This document shows positions 48,058 to 57,237 of a stretch of DNA of 57,237 bases, in pieces. The stretch's first letter is position 1; every line of letters begins with the position of its first letter. Made by a program: the position numbers and the translations under genes. Below the pieces are notes generated by a model. It saw only the letters and a list, made by a program, of their open reading frames with translations, was not told where the DNA came from and did no database searches. Source of the stretch: a virus (Duplodnaviria; Caudoviricetes); IMG/VR virus record IMGVR_UViG_3300049186_000021, positions 1-57,237 of that record; one strand, 5' to 3'.

Positions 48058-49037
48058 AATGGCTTCTACTCACAACTGCCCGGCGCACCCCCGAGACTTT
48101 AAACTCGAACGTGGGTGACGAATTTGCGTGCATAGGCACCGAAAATTTGATTAGGGCAGTAGATCGAAATGCTGAGTTTGATCGTTTAAACGTTGAGAAT
48201 CCTAACGAGTGGACTGAACGTCCGTTTGATCGCTGCGTGTTCGCGGGCCGTCCTCTTTGGTGGAGCCAACGACCCGGCACTGATTGCCTCGATCATTTTT
48301 GGTGGGAGCCGATAATGCGTGGGTGGCCGACCAAGAATCGACGCAACTTTCTGGTGTTAGGTGCCGGTAGTGTTTGCGTCGGGGAGATTCATGACACGGT
48401 CAAGTATATCCGAGCTATCTACGAAGTGTATAAACGCGCGTGGGCGGTGACGACCAGAAATACGGTGTTGGACCATCCGGGTTTTATCGACAGCGTGTGT
48501 CCTTCAGCCTTCGCGGTCCCTCCTAGGGTTTTGCAGAAAAAAGCACAAAAAGTTTGTAACCTGATGGTAGACGGCGGACACTTTCCATTAAGCTCTGACG
48601 ATGCGGGCGCGTGGGTAGATAAGTTCGATTCGATTGTCAGGGAGTTGCTTCGCAGTGAGTATACCTTCGTAGCCCACACGGAGCCTGAGCGCGATCTGGC
48701 CCTCTCCCTCGGATGGAAGCCCGAGGATGTTCGACTCTTTTCGTCGGCAGAAGAATACCTGTCGTTTTACGCTCGAACGACATGCTACTTTGGCAACCGG
48801 TTGCACGGGGCTGCGGTGTGCGCGGCTTTGGGAATCCCTACGGTCGCGGTCGCGTATGATACGCGGTTGAATTTTGTCCGGCGATTGGGCGCGCGGGCGC
48901 TCCGGCCTTCTCAGATTGATCTCGGGCATCTGAAGTTCTGGCTCCGAGGGGTGCTCTCTCCGACGACGCCACAGGTGGACTTGGCGACGGAGTATGAGCG
49001 CCTCTGTGAACTGCTCTACCGATTTGCTTACGAATGA
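48054..49037 (+). CDS. polysaccharide pyruvyl transferase family protein
   Basis: NVGDE, LGAG, VTTRN, CPS, GNRLHGAAVCAALGIPTVAVAYDTR. Confidence 0.8.
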   Translation: MKWLLLTTARRTPETLNSNVGDEFACIGTENLIRAVDRNAEFDRLNVENPNEWTERPFDRCVFAGRPLWWSQRPGTDCLDHFWWEPIMRGWPTKNRRNFLVLGAGSVCVGEIHDTVKYIRAIYEVYKRAWAVTTRNTVLDHPGFIDSVCPSAFAVPPRVLQKKAQKVCNLMVDGGHFPLSSDDAGAWVDKFDSIVRELLRSEYTFVAHTEPERDLALSLGWKPEDVRLFSSAEEYLSFYARTTCYFGNRLHGAAVCAALGIPTVAVAYDTRLNFVRRLGARALRPSQIDLGHLKFWLRGVLSPTTPQVDLATEYERLCELLYRFAYE

Positions 49038-49747
49038 AAGACGGGTTGATCTGCCTTCAGTATTGGGATGGGGACCGGGATAAAGCCATGCGCCTCGCGC
49101 GGTTCCTCGCCGATCTCGAACCATCAAAGCGCGAGGACGTGGACTTTGCGTTCTTCGCTCGCGCCGACAGTTCGTTCGACGTGGCTACCGTCGCCCACGT
49201 GGCACGCAAGTTCAACGTTCACACAGCCAAGCCGAGGATTCGCGCGGCTGGACATCCGTATGCGTGCTGGGTTACATTTTTTTCGGTGCTGGAGTGGGTG
49301 CTGGAGGCCCGGCTCAAGGGACGGTCGAGATATAAGTGGGTTCTTTGTTTCGAGCCAGATTGTGTCCCGCTGACCAAGTCATGGATTGACGAACTGAAAG
49401 AGGAATGGAACCGTTTAAACAAGTATGTGGTGGGGAGCGAAACTTTTCATTGGCAAATGCACTTGAACGGGAATGCGCTTTACTCGGCGGATGAAAAATT
49501 TCTTACATGGTTTGTTCGCGGCCTTACTCTGAACGGCTGCCCGCAACGTGAACCCTACGACATTTATTTGTTCCCGCAGTTCGCGCGCTGGGGCGTTGGC
49601 TACTCCCGCAAAATTTCGAACCGGTGCGGGCAGAAGACGATGGCCCCCGATGAAGCCAAGTGGCTCCGCGAGAAGATGGGTATCGCATTGGTTCACGGGG
49701 TCAAGGACGACAGCCTTCATCATTGGGCGACTTCGAATTTGAAATGA
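49034..49747 (+). CDS. glycosyltransferase-like protein
   Basis: FEPDCVP (ExD), HLNGNALY, YD, VHGVKD. Confidence 0.55.
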   Translation: MKDGLICLQYWDGDRDKAMRLARFLADLEPSKREDVDFAFFARADSSFDVATVAHVARKFNVHTAKPRIRAAGHPYACWVTFFSVLEWVLEARLKGRSRYKWVLCFEPDCVPLTKSWIDELKEEWNRLNKYVVGSETFHWQMHLNGNALYSADEKFLTWFVRGLTLNGCPQREPYDIYLFPQFARWGVGYSRKISNRCGQKTMAPDEAKWLREKMGIALVHGVKDDSLHHWATSNLK

Positions 49748-49765
49748 CACCAATTGGTGTCATTT
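49742..49765. promoter_or_regulatory. palindrome copy 7 (24 bp here), just upstream of the capsid promoter
   Basis: AAATGACACCAATTGGTGTCATTT; TTGTCC-N15-AGCACT at 49772-49798. Confidence 0.85.
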
Positions 49766-49954
49766 AGCACCTTGTCCGACTTCTGAATTAGCAGCACTGT
49801 TTCCTTGACGCCTTACTGCGCTCCCCGGCGTCGGGAGCACGGCCTATCCGCTGATGGCCACAGCGACCAAACATAAATCTCTGCCGAGAGGATCGTTTTC
49901 TCGGTGCCGGTTTGAGACCCGGTAATGTAAAGTCTCTGTTAGGAAACTCGGATT

Positions 49955-51238
49955 ATGGCAGAATTTTGTGATGATCCCTCAGATATCAGTGATATCGCTA
50001 CGAGGGACACCGCGCGCGTCATTGGCTCAATCGCCAAGTCGCTTGCGGCCAACTCCCCTTACTTGAACGTGATCGGCGGCGGGACGTTCCCGTCCGGCGT
50101 CTCCGACACCGTTCGCTCCGTCGTGCAGATGCAGGCTGCTCCCGGTGACTCGCTTGCCCTGCCTACGTTCCTTTGTGACGTGGACATGTGCGGTCAGACC
50201 GGTCATCAAGACCTGACTGACACCATCGAGTTTACGACCAAGCTGGAATCGTTCCGTGGTCGTGGCCCGAACATCTGCGTGAAGAAAGGCTATTCGGCCT
50301 TCAAAGGCAGCTATTCGATGGCTGAAGACAGCTTGAAGAAGCTGATCACCCAGTATGTGAACGCTGACGTTCGCGCTCAGTTGTATCTGCGCTCGGCGTC
50401 GAAGTTCACCGCCAACCACAACTACGACTTCAACTCGTTGTTTACCGGTGGCTCCGAGACTGATCTCGGCGTCAAGTTCGCTCCGCTGCTCCCGACCGGC
50501 CCGATGACCTTCAAGGCGCTCCACTATCTGGCGCGCTACCTGAAGGAGACTCTTTTCGCCGACTGGTATACTAGCGCGGGCTCCATGCCTCACTTCCGCT
50601 TCATCGGTGGTAGCGATCAGATCGAATACTACCGCTCCGAAGTCGGTGTGCAGAACGTCATGACTGCTCTCACGCAGGGCGGTTACAAACTCGGCGAAAC
50701 GGCGCTCACGGCCTATGGCTTCGAGCAGTCCCCGGCGTATCGCGGCATCGCTTTCGGTGTCGATCAGCGCCCGCTGCGTTTCAACGCGTTCGACGGTGCC
50801 GGGCTCCCGGTCCTGTTGAACCCTGTGACGATTGTTACCAACGCGTCCAAAGGCACTGCCTACGCGAAGGCCAATCCGACGTGGCTCGACGCCAACTACG
50901 AAATCGGCACGTTCATTGCCGAAGGCTCGTTCGAACGTCAGGTTCCCGAGAAGTATGTCGGCGAAGGCAGCTTCAAGTTCGCCCCGCAGTTGCACATGGG
51001 TGAACTGGAATGGCATTACCTGAAGGACAACCACTGTAACCAGTGGGGTGACTTCGGCTGGCACAAATACCAGATCACGCGCGCTTACAAGCCGCTCCGT
51101 CCGCAGCACATCATCCACATCGCCTACAAGCGTTGTAAGACCGACCTCGGTCTGGTGGAGTGCCCGACTGAGCCGGTGCAGTCCAGCTACACTGGTGCTG
51201 ACAGCTACACCACCGTTGGTGTGACCTGCGAAGAATAA
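49955..51238 (+). CDS. major capsid protein
   Basis: 427 aa, strongly biased codon use, own promoter and terminator, position after portal and scaffold. Confidence 0.75.
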   Translation: MAEFCDDPSDISDIATRDTARVIGSIAKSLAANSPYLNVIGGGTFPSGVSDTVRSVVQMQAAPGDSLALPTFLCDVDMCGQTGHQDLTDTIEFTTKLESFRGRGPNICVKKGYSAFKGSYSMAEDSLKKLITQYVNADVRAQLYLRSASKFTANHNYDFNSLFTGGSETDLGVKFAPLLPTGPMTFKALHYLARYLKETLFADWYTSAGSMPHFRFIGGSDQIEYYRSEVGVQNVMTALTQGGYKLGETALTAYGFEQSPAYRGIAFGVDQRPLRFNAFDGAGLPVLLNPVTIVTNASKGTAYAKANPTWLDANYEIGTFIAEGSFERQVPEKYVGEGSFKFAPQLHMGELEWHYLKDNHCNQWGDFGWHKYQITRAYKPLRPQHIIHIAYKRCKTDLGLVECPTEPVQSSYTGADSYTTVGVTCEE

Positions 51239-51280
51239 CTCGGGAAACCGAGTATCGTCAAGGGTAGGTGACGAAAACAG

Positions 51281-51316
51281 AGCCGGGCGGGGGCGAGTAA
51301 CCTTCGCCCGGCTTTT
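51281..51316 (+). terminator. intrinsic terminator after the capsid gene
   Basis: AGCCGGGCG/CGCCCGGCT followed by a T run. Confidence 0.75.
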
Positions 51317-51322
51317 CCTCAA

Positions 51323-51718
51323 ATGGCAAACGAATTTCAGTTCGCAGATACGGAGTGGGAGATCGTTCGTGAGATTCTCGCGAAGTCGAAAACCGGCTCT
51401 GATCATGAGAACGACGGGCGATCCGGCGATTTGCTTACGGACCTATTCGAAAAACTACTCGCCCGTATCAAAACTGGCGCGGATGACGAGAATGATTCTC
51501 GTCCCGGCGACAATGAAGTCGTCACTCTGCGCAAAATTCTCGCGCGGTGGAAAACGGGGGCGGATGACGAGAATGATTTTCGGCCCGGTGACGGAAAGCA
51601 TCAGGTGCTCCGAAAGATTTTAGCTCGTAAGAAGGTGGGGGCCGATAATGAAAACGATTTCCAATTCGGCGACTCAGCCTATTCAATCCTGCGGAAGCTG
51701 CTCGCGCGACTTCCCTAA
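51323..51718 (+). CDS. tandem-repeat protein (about 4.5 x 27 aa)
   Basis: repeat unit LRKILARxKTGADxENDxxxGD. Confidence 0.7.
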   Translation: MANEFQFADTEWEIVREILAKSKTGSDHENDGRSGDLLTDLFEKLLARIKTGADDENDSRPGDNEVVTLRKILARWKTGADDENDFRPGDGKHQVLRKILARKKVGADNENDFQFGDSAYSILRKLLARLP

Positions 51719-51719
51719 A

Positions 51720-51947
51720 ATGAGTTTCAAAATGAATCTGTCTGACAAAGCGATGGTTGCCCTCGTGGCAACGAATGGGGTAGTGGCGTGGGTCCAAAAG
51801 ATTTGCGCTGCGGTTGAACCGGTTATCGCGCCGTTGATTTCACTCGGCCAACTTGGAATTGCAATCGCCACTATCGTTTGGATTTGCGTCCGTGTGCGGG
51901 GCGTGCGCCTCGACAACAAGATCAAAGAGAAAGAATTGAAGAAGTGA
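51720..51947 (+). CDS. holin-like membrane protein
   Basis: hydrophobic segments and basic C-terminus, upstream of a lipoprotein. Confidence 0.55.
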   Translation: MSFKMNLSDKAMVALVATNGVVAWVQKICAAVEPVIAPLISLGQLGIAIATIVWICVRVRGVRLDNKIKEKELKK

Positions 51948-52681
51948 AGCGTTATCTCCTACTCTTACTCGCCGCGACGTTGATCGCGGGCTGCTCCACG
52001 TTCATCCCGAAGCGGGTGGAATTGGGACAGGACAAGGTCCAGAAGTTTCCGCAGCCGACAGAGAAGCGAAAGGAAGCTGAGCGGCAGGCGGTGTTGTTGG
52101 CCGCGCAAAAAGCTCGTGAAGCGGAACGCATCGCGGCACTGGAGGGCAGCGCGGCGGAAAAGCCCGCTGGGGAAGCGGCGTCGCTGGCCGAGTCGGTCAG
52201 CCTGAGTCTCGGTCCTCCAAAAAACCCATGGAGTGGTGAAGTTGAAGTGCTGCGGCTGCAAGTTGCGCGTCTGACGGCGGAACATAATTTGATGCTCGCC
52301 AAGTTCGCTAAGGAGAACGACAAGAACGAAGGTAAGAAGATCGAGGGCACTGGTTGGCTTTCGGTGCCGTATTTTGTTTGGACTGGTGGGGCTTTGCTGT
52401 TGATTTTTTTCGGGTTCATCGTGCTGAAGGTGGCGTTGAGCTTTGTCTCTATGGCGAACCCCGGGGTGGCGGTTGGGATGAGGGTCGCCAAAGTTGGCGG
52501 GCGGGCCGTGTCACGAGCTTTCTCTGAAGTGCTCGAAGGCGGGGAAGCGTTTAAACGTCGAGTGCAGGAAAAGCTGCCGGACGTGTCCGAGCAGGTTCTC
52601 GAATTGTTTCGGGAAATGCAGGAACGTCGCCAGTCAACCGAGACTCAAAAAATGATTAAGGAGTTGACGGAAAAGGTATGA
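51944..52681 (+). CDS. lipoprotein with coiled coil and transmembrane segment (spanin-like)
   Basis: KRYLLLLLAATLIAG-C lipobox; later segment YFVWTGGALLLIFFGFIVL. Confidence 0.55.
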   Translation: MKRYLLLLLAATLIAGCSTFIPKRVELGQDKVQKFPQPTEKRKEAERQAVLLAAQKAREAERIAALEGSAAEKPAGEAASLAESVSLSLGPPKNPWSGEVEVLRLQVARLTAEHNLMLAKFAKENDKNEGKKIEGTGWLSVPYFVWTGGALLLIFFGFIVLKVALSFVSMANPGVAVGMRVAKVGGRAVSRAFSEVLEGGEAFKRRVQEKLPDVSEQVLELFREMQERRQSTETQKMIKELTEKV

Positions 52682-53718
52682 GTTGCGGATGCAATACAGA
52701 TACGGCGACGTGCGGCAATCCCTGCGCCACGTCGGAAACGAACACGGCGGCGTGCGAATCGCTCCCAAGTCAGATCGAGAATTTTACGGCGCAGTTCTTT
52801 GGAGTTGTCGTCAAGTCTGAAGTGGATGGCGAGGTTGTGTGGACGCTGCCGTGCAATCTGGAAACCGGACTGGAGAATAACCCTCGCGCTGAGGACGAAG
52901 GGCTGGCGTGCTATTTTCTTCGGCTTTTTCGGGATGGTATCCTCGGTTTGACGGGTCCGCAAGGTGAGACCGGAGCGGACGGCACAAATGGTCGTAACGC
53001 ATACACGGTTACGCTTCAGTCGTTCACCCAGCCGACGCTGGGCTCGCCGACTGTTACTGTTCAGACGCAATACAATCCGGCGATTTTGGAGAACAGCTAT
53101 ATCTTCATCGCTACCTCGGGTTGGTATCACGTGGACGCGACTGATACTTCGGGAACGTTGTTCCTGACACTGGTCAAGGAAGTAACGGGCGCGAGTGGCA
53201 CAATTACGGCGGGCAAGCTCGTGGTGCCGTCCGGGTTCCCCGGCGTCAGCGTTACGGGACCGACAGGCCCTCAAGGTCCACAGGGGCCGCAAGGTCCGGC
53301 TGGGGCTTCCCTAACGGAAGACAATGCATTTTTCTTTGCGACTGTGGGTGTGGATTTCAATCTCCCGCTTCTTTATGCGGCAGTTGATTATACCAATTCG
53401 ACCCCGCAAATTCTTCTCCCCACGGCAGGCATCTATAAAGTGACTGCGGTTGTGGGGCTTATTGGCTTGGCGAGCGTCGCTATAACCGACACTGTTTCCC
53501 TGAAACTTCGGAACACGTCCAATGCGTCGGACGTGAGTGGTTCTGAGGTTGAAGTAAACGATTTCGCTGAAGACAGCGTGAAACAATTGGTGATCGATGT
53601 GTTTGTGACGACTGACGGGGCCAACCAAACGATTGCGCTGTTCGGCAAGTGCGCGACGGCAGATCGGGTTGCGGCCCGGGCTCTCAAAACCACGATTACC
53701 GCGATTAGGATTGAATGA
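52678..53718 (+). CDS. virion fibre protein with short collagen-like segments
   Basis: GPTGPQGPQGPQGPAG followed by a beta-rich C-terminal domain. Confidence 0.65.
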   Translation: MSCGCNTDTATCGNPCATSETNTAACESLPSQIENFTAQFFGVVVKSEVDGEVVWTLPCNLETGLENNPRAEDEGLACYFLRLFRDGILGLTGPQGETGADGTNGRNAYTVTLQSFTQPTLGSPTVTVQTQYNPAILENSYIFIATSGWYHVDATDTSGTLFLTLVKEVTGASGTITAGKLVVPSGFPGVSVTGPTGPQGPQGPQGPAGASLTEDNAFFFATVGVDFNLPLLYAAVDYTNSTPQILLPTAGIYKVTAVVGLIGLASVAITDTVSLKLRNTSNASDVSGSEVEVNDFAEDSVKQLVIDVFVTTDGANQTIALFGKCATADRVAARALKTTITAIRIE

Positions 53719-54071
53719 GTCGGGGCGGTTTTTCTCCCGTAACCACGGCAGCGTCCGGCGAAAGCCATGCGTCGATTAAGCAGTCTCGTAACGGCGGGGT
53801 AAACACCCCCGCCATTACAGCAGCGTCCGGCGAGAGCCGTTCATCGGTCAAGCAGCATCGTAATGGGGGTATAACGGTTCCTGTCGTGGCTGCGGAAGCG
53901 GTTTGTGACCGCCCCGATGGCGGGGACAAGACGGCCTTGGCTCCGGGGTATGCTCTCGAAGTTGCCAATCCGCCTTCCCCGGGATTAGACGCTTCCTGTT
54001 TGTGGCAGGACGACAACGGAATCATCGTTCAGGAAAACGATGGTGACACAATTTGTATCGATAACGCGTGA
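53715..54071 (+). CDS. hypothetical virion protein with an internal duplication
   Basis: TAASGES..S.KQ.RNGG occurs twice. Confidence 0.5.
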   Translation: MSRGGFSPVTTAASGESHASIKQSRNGGVNTPAITAASGESRSSVKQHRNGGITVPVVAAEAVCDRPDGGDKTALAPGYALEVANPPSPGLDASCLWQDDNGIIVQENDGDTICIDNA

Positions 54072-55237
54072 GAACGAGTAGTATTCCAGTTTTTTTGGAC
54101 CCCGGTTTGCCGACTGGGTATGGTGTCGCGACCGTCGAAATTTCGCCGGGCGTTTTTCGTCTTCGACTTGTCCCGTTGGAAAATTTGAAGGGGGACACGG
54201 GGGATGCGGGGCCGACTGGCGCGACCGGCGCGACTGGACCGCAGGGTCCGGCTGGTGCAACTGGTCCGGCTGGTGCGACCGGCGCGACTGGTGCGACTGG
54301 TGCAACTGGTGCGACCGGTCCGCAAGGTGCAACTGGCCCGGCTGGTGCGACCGGTGCGACCGGTGCAACGGGAGCAACTGGTGCGGCGGGATCAGTATGG
54401 CGTGAAGGAACGGGGGCTCCGTCAAACGGCCTTGGGGTGGATGGGGATTTTTATCTCGAAGACGTAACAGGCGATGTCTATCAAAAAGCCGCAGGCACGT
54501 ATTCCGTAGTTGCTAACATTAAAGGCCCGGCTGGGTCGAATGGAACAGCAACGGTGTGGCGAGAAGGAACTGGTGTGCCTTCTAATGGGCTCGGGATAAA
54601 TGGTGATTTTTATCTTGACGATGCGACCGGAGATGTCTACCAGAAAGCGTCGGGGACTTATTCTGTCGTTGCCAACATAAAAGGTCCGACTGGAGCGACC
54701 GGCGCAGCCGGTGCTGATGGCGCTGATGGCGCGGACGGCGCGGATGGAGTAAACGGTGCTGACGGGTCAGTATGGCGCGAAGGAACTGGTGTGCCTTCGA
54801 ATGGACTCGGGGTCAATGGGGATTTTTATCTCGAAGATGTGACCGGGGATGTCTACCAGAAAGCAGCCGGAGTGTATTCGGTTGTGGCGAACATCAAAGG
54901 TCCAACTGGTGCTACGGGTCCAGAGGGTTCGTATTCGCACTCAGTTCTGACGTATAGCGCAACGACCAACATCGATTTTGACGGGGACGACTATCGGTCT
55001 TTAACGCTTGCGGGCAACGTCACTTTTACTACTTCGAACAGGGGTGCCCCCAAATCGATTACTATACGTATTATCGGCGATGGATCGTTGCGCACTTTGA
55101 CGTTCCCGGCTGGATGGACTTTTTTGGGCGACGGTGCCCCGGTTTCACTCGCCGCTAATAAGGATGCGGTTCTGTCGGTAACGTGTTTCGGTTCGGCGGA
55201 TTCGGACATTGTCGCGGCATACGCAGTCGAGCCATGA
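54068..55237 (+). CDS. collagen-like tail fibre protein
   Basis: Gly-X-Y runs plus three copies of [45 protein letters not shown]. Confidence 0.8.
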   Translation: MRTSSIPVFLDPGLPTGYGVATVEISPGVFRLRLVPLENLKGDTGDAGPTGATGATGPQGPAGATGPAGATGATGATGATGATGPQGATGPAGATGATGATGATGAAGSVWREGTGAPSNGLGVDGDFYLEDVTGDVYQKAAGTYSVVANIKGPAGSNGTATVWREGTGVPSNGLGINGDFYLDDATGDVYQKASGTYSVVANIKGPTGATGAAGADGADGADGADGVNGADGSVWREGTGVPSNGLGVNGDFYLEDVTGDVYQKAAGVYSVVANIKGPTGATGPEGSYSHSVLTYSATTNIDFDGDDYRSLTLAGNVTFTTSNRGAPKSITIRIIGDGSLRTLTFPAGWTFLGDGAPVSLAANKDAVLSVTCFGSADSDIVAAYAVEP

Positions 55238-55608
55238 GATCACTTAGCTTACTCGATGCTCCGTTTCTTATCGCGACCCTCGGTGGAATCCCCCGCGATG
55301 ACATGGAGGGGTATTCTGATTTGGTATTTTTGAATGCCCTCAACGGAGGGGCTCGATGGACCGGGGCCTATGCGGCTCGAAATAATTTTATGGGCGTCCA
55401 AGCTGAAGACGACATGGAGTCGTATACGGACGGCGCGGATGTTGATAGTTTAAACGGTGGATCGTCGGGTTGGACTGGGGCATATCAGACCGTTGTCAAC
55501 TATACGGGGCTCAAAGCGCAGGATGACATGGAATCCTACACTGATCTTGCGAATCTTAATGGGCAAAATGGTGGGGTGGGGTGGACTGCGGCTTACGTGG
55601 CGCGGTAA
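55234..55608 (+). CDS. three-repeat virion protein
   Basis: DDMExYxD...NGG..WTxAY occurs three times. Confidence 0.6.
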   Translation: MRSLSLLDAPFLIATLGGIPRDDMEGYSDLVFLNALNGGARWTGAYAARNNFMGVQAEDDMESYTDGADVDSLNGGSSGWTGAYQTVVNYTGLKAQDDMESYTDLANLNGQNGGVGWTAAYVAR

Positions 55609-55614
55609 AATTTT

Positions 55615-56298
55615 ATGGCAGTTACGATTTTAAGTAGAACGATTTCCTCAGTTGGGGATAAACGCATCGTCGTGTCTAACGGAACTTTTGTTCGGCCCAT
55701 TCCGTTTGGCACGTCTTGGACCCAACTTCGTTTTGGGATTCGGTTCCACATTCGGGACTCAGGTGCGACTCTTACGGGCACGCCTCGGTTTGTGATGGGG
55801 GTGTGTAGTGGGTCTTCGAATATCTATGGGGATTCTTCTACGACTAATTTTGCGGGAATCCGAACGAATTCCGGGACGTGGACTCGCTCTGCGACCAACT
55901 ATGAAGTAACCGTCAACATGTTTGCTCCAACTAAGAAAGTAGCAACGACGATTACTGATGGAACTGTCTTGAACACGTCTTGGAGATTGCCAAACGGTGC
56001 TGCGGTGCCGAGCGCGGACCGTGGAGTGTTTTTCGTGGACGTTAACAAGGGTAGCCCTAACTACACCTTCGATATTTTCAAACTCAGTTCAGGCGCGGCT
56101 TTGGTGGACATTAGCCGAACGACTTTTTTGGAGCAAATGGAAGTTGCGGCTCCATCTATTACGAACTACGCAACGGGAACTACTGCCGGTCTCGCGCTCG
56201 ACGAGTCGGCGGGGAGCTTCGATCACCTGAGTTTGTTTTGGGATCGAACGACTCCTGAATTCGAGATTTGTGACATCGCTGTCTCTCGGTTAGCTTAA
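55615..56298 (+). CDS. beta-rich virion/tail protein
   Basis: S/T/G-rich, within the tail module. Confidence 0.55.
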   Translation: MAVTILSRTISSVGDKRIVVSNGTFVRPIPFGTSWTQLRFGIRFHIRDSGATLTGTPRFVMGVCSGSSNIYGDSSTTNFAGIRTNSGTWTRSATNYEVTVNMFAPTKKVATTITDGTVLNTSWRLPNGAAVPSADRGVFFVDVNKGSPNYTFDIFKLSSGAALVDISRTTFLEQMEVAAPSITNYATGTTAGLALDESAGSFDHLSLFWDRTTPEFEICDIAVSRLA

Positions 56299-56304
56299 TG
56301 ATTT

Positions 56305-56622
56305 ATGAAACTGAATATCAAACTCGGCCAGAAGCACCCGGAAGGCCCTTGTTGTGTCTCGTCTCCGTCAAAGGATCGCGAGTATTACCCGGAGTTGTAT
56401 ATCTCGCACAAAGAACCGTTGGACCTTCCCAAAGAAGGAACAATGGTGATTCGATTCAAAAAGGTCGCCAGTTCTGAGCGCGAGGACAGCTACTCTTGCA
56501 CTCTGGAGGTTCACGAAATCGTCTCGACGGAAGGCGATAAAGAAGCGTCTGCCCCGAAACGCGAATCAGACGCCGCGCTCGACGCGCTGGTGGAAAAAAA
56601 GCTGAAAGAAAGAGGCTACTAA
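56305..56622 (+). CDS. hypothetical protein
   Basis: ORF in the structural operon. Confidence 0.55.
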   Translation: MKLNIKLGQKHPEGPCCVSSPSKDREYYPELYISHKEPLDLPKEGTMVIRFKKVASSEREDSYSCTLEVHEIVSTEGDKEASAPKRESDAALDALVEKKLKERGY

Positions 56623-56623
56623 C

Positions 56624-57237
56624 ATGTTCCGCGTTGACGACATCTACGACGAAGCGAAAAAGATCATCGGCTCTTGCGAGGACCGGGTTCTTTTTCGTTA
56701 CCTCGGCGACGCTGTGTCTCTGATCTCCAACAAGGGTGATTTTGAGGGATGGAAGGGTTGGATCGATATCTGCACCACGGGCGGGGGTCGGTGTATCACA
56801 CTTCCGCGCGAAGTCGAGACGGTGCTGGCCGTGAACTTTGGCGGGCATCCCACGTTGGGTTACGGAACGTTTTTCAATTTCCATTTGAACGGCATGGGAG
56901 ACTGTCGCAATGCGTGCGATTGGTCTTGGCAGGATCAAGGGAATTGGCACACGACGTATCGTGATCTTGAGTCCCCGTCGAAGTTGATTGCCTATCTTCA
57001 GACGCCGGAAGACGACGGCAAGGAGTTGATCGTCTTCGGTTACGATGTGAACGGGAATCTTTTGCGGCGCGAGGAAAACGGTGTGTGGAGAAACGGGTAT
57101 CGGGTGCCCACAATCTACGGAGTCGCCGTGGCTGACGCTGACGCTCCGACGATTGCCCGCATCACGGGTGTCTTTAAGGCGGAAACGGTTGGCTCAATCC
57201 GGTTGTCTACCATCGATAACTCCAGCACTACCGTGTG
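56624..57237 (+). CDS. tail / head-tail connector-like protein, truncated by the window end
   Basis: MFRVDDIYDEAKKIIGSC...CITLPREVETVLAV; reading frame appears open to the end of the window. Confidence 0.55.
   Translation, partial: MFRVDDIYDEAKKIIGSCEDRVLFRYLGDAVSLISNKGDFEGWKGWIDICTTGGGRCITLPREVETVLAVNFGGHPTLGYGTFFNFHLNGMGDCRNACDWSWQDQGNWHTTYRDLESPSKLIAYLQTPEDDGKELIVFGYDVNGNLLRREENGVWRNGYRVPTIYGVAVADADAPTIARITGVFKAETVGSIRLSTIDNSSTTV

Noticed and set aside
45075-51406. Long antisense ORFs (45075-46523, 50027-51406; likewise 11582-12424 and 14653-15429)
   Set aside because: Shadow ORFs opposite genes with strongly biased codon use; no motifs and they conflict with the operon direction.
54068-55237. 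Diversity-generating retroelement template/variable repeats
   Set aside because: No reverse transcriptase in the window; repeat differences are mostly synonymous, not adenine-specific.

Overview
This window is most of a tailed dsDNA bacteriophage genome (Caudoviricetes; podovirus-like gene set). A Verrucomicrobiota host is a tentative inference. The minus-strand arm (about 1.2-31.5 kb) holds many small early genes, nucleotide-metabolism enzymes and a replication block (SF2 helicase, PD-(D/E)XK nuclease, SSB-like, SMC-like ATPase, family A DNA polymerase, primase-helicase, sigma factor, RuvC, metallophosphoesterase). A 61-bp imperfect inverted repeat marks the strand switch. The plus-strand arm (32 kb to the end, probably continuing into 1-1223) encodes a TerS candidate, a GIY-YIG nuclease, a serine recombinase, TerL, portal, scaffold, a four-gene glycosyl/pyruvyl-transferase cassette, the major capsid protein, lysis and tail genes. 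The most unusual signals are: (1) a roughly 840-nt highly structured non-coding RNA with an initiator-like tRNA(CAT) inside it (GOLLD/ROOL-like); (2) 20 evenly dispersed GTTTAAAC sites and 7 perfect 18-bp palindromes, several overlapping promoters; (3) a non-canonical TTGACA-N15/16-RGCACT promoter class next to a phage sigma factor, with many apparently leaderless genes; (4) a 59-aa stand-alone UvrD motif V/VI mini-protein and a Tad1-like candidate anti-defence protein. All calls come from reading motifs by eye; no database searches were run.
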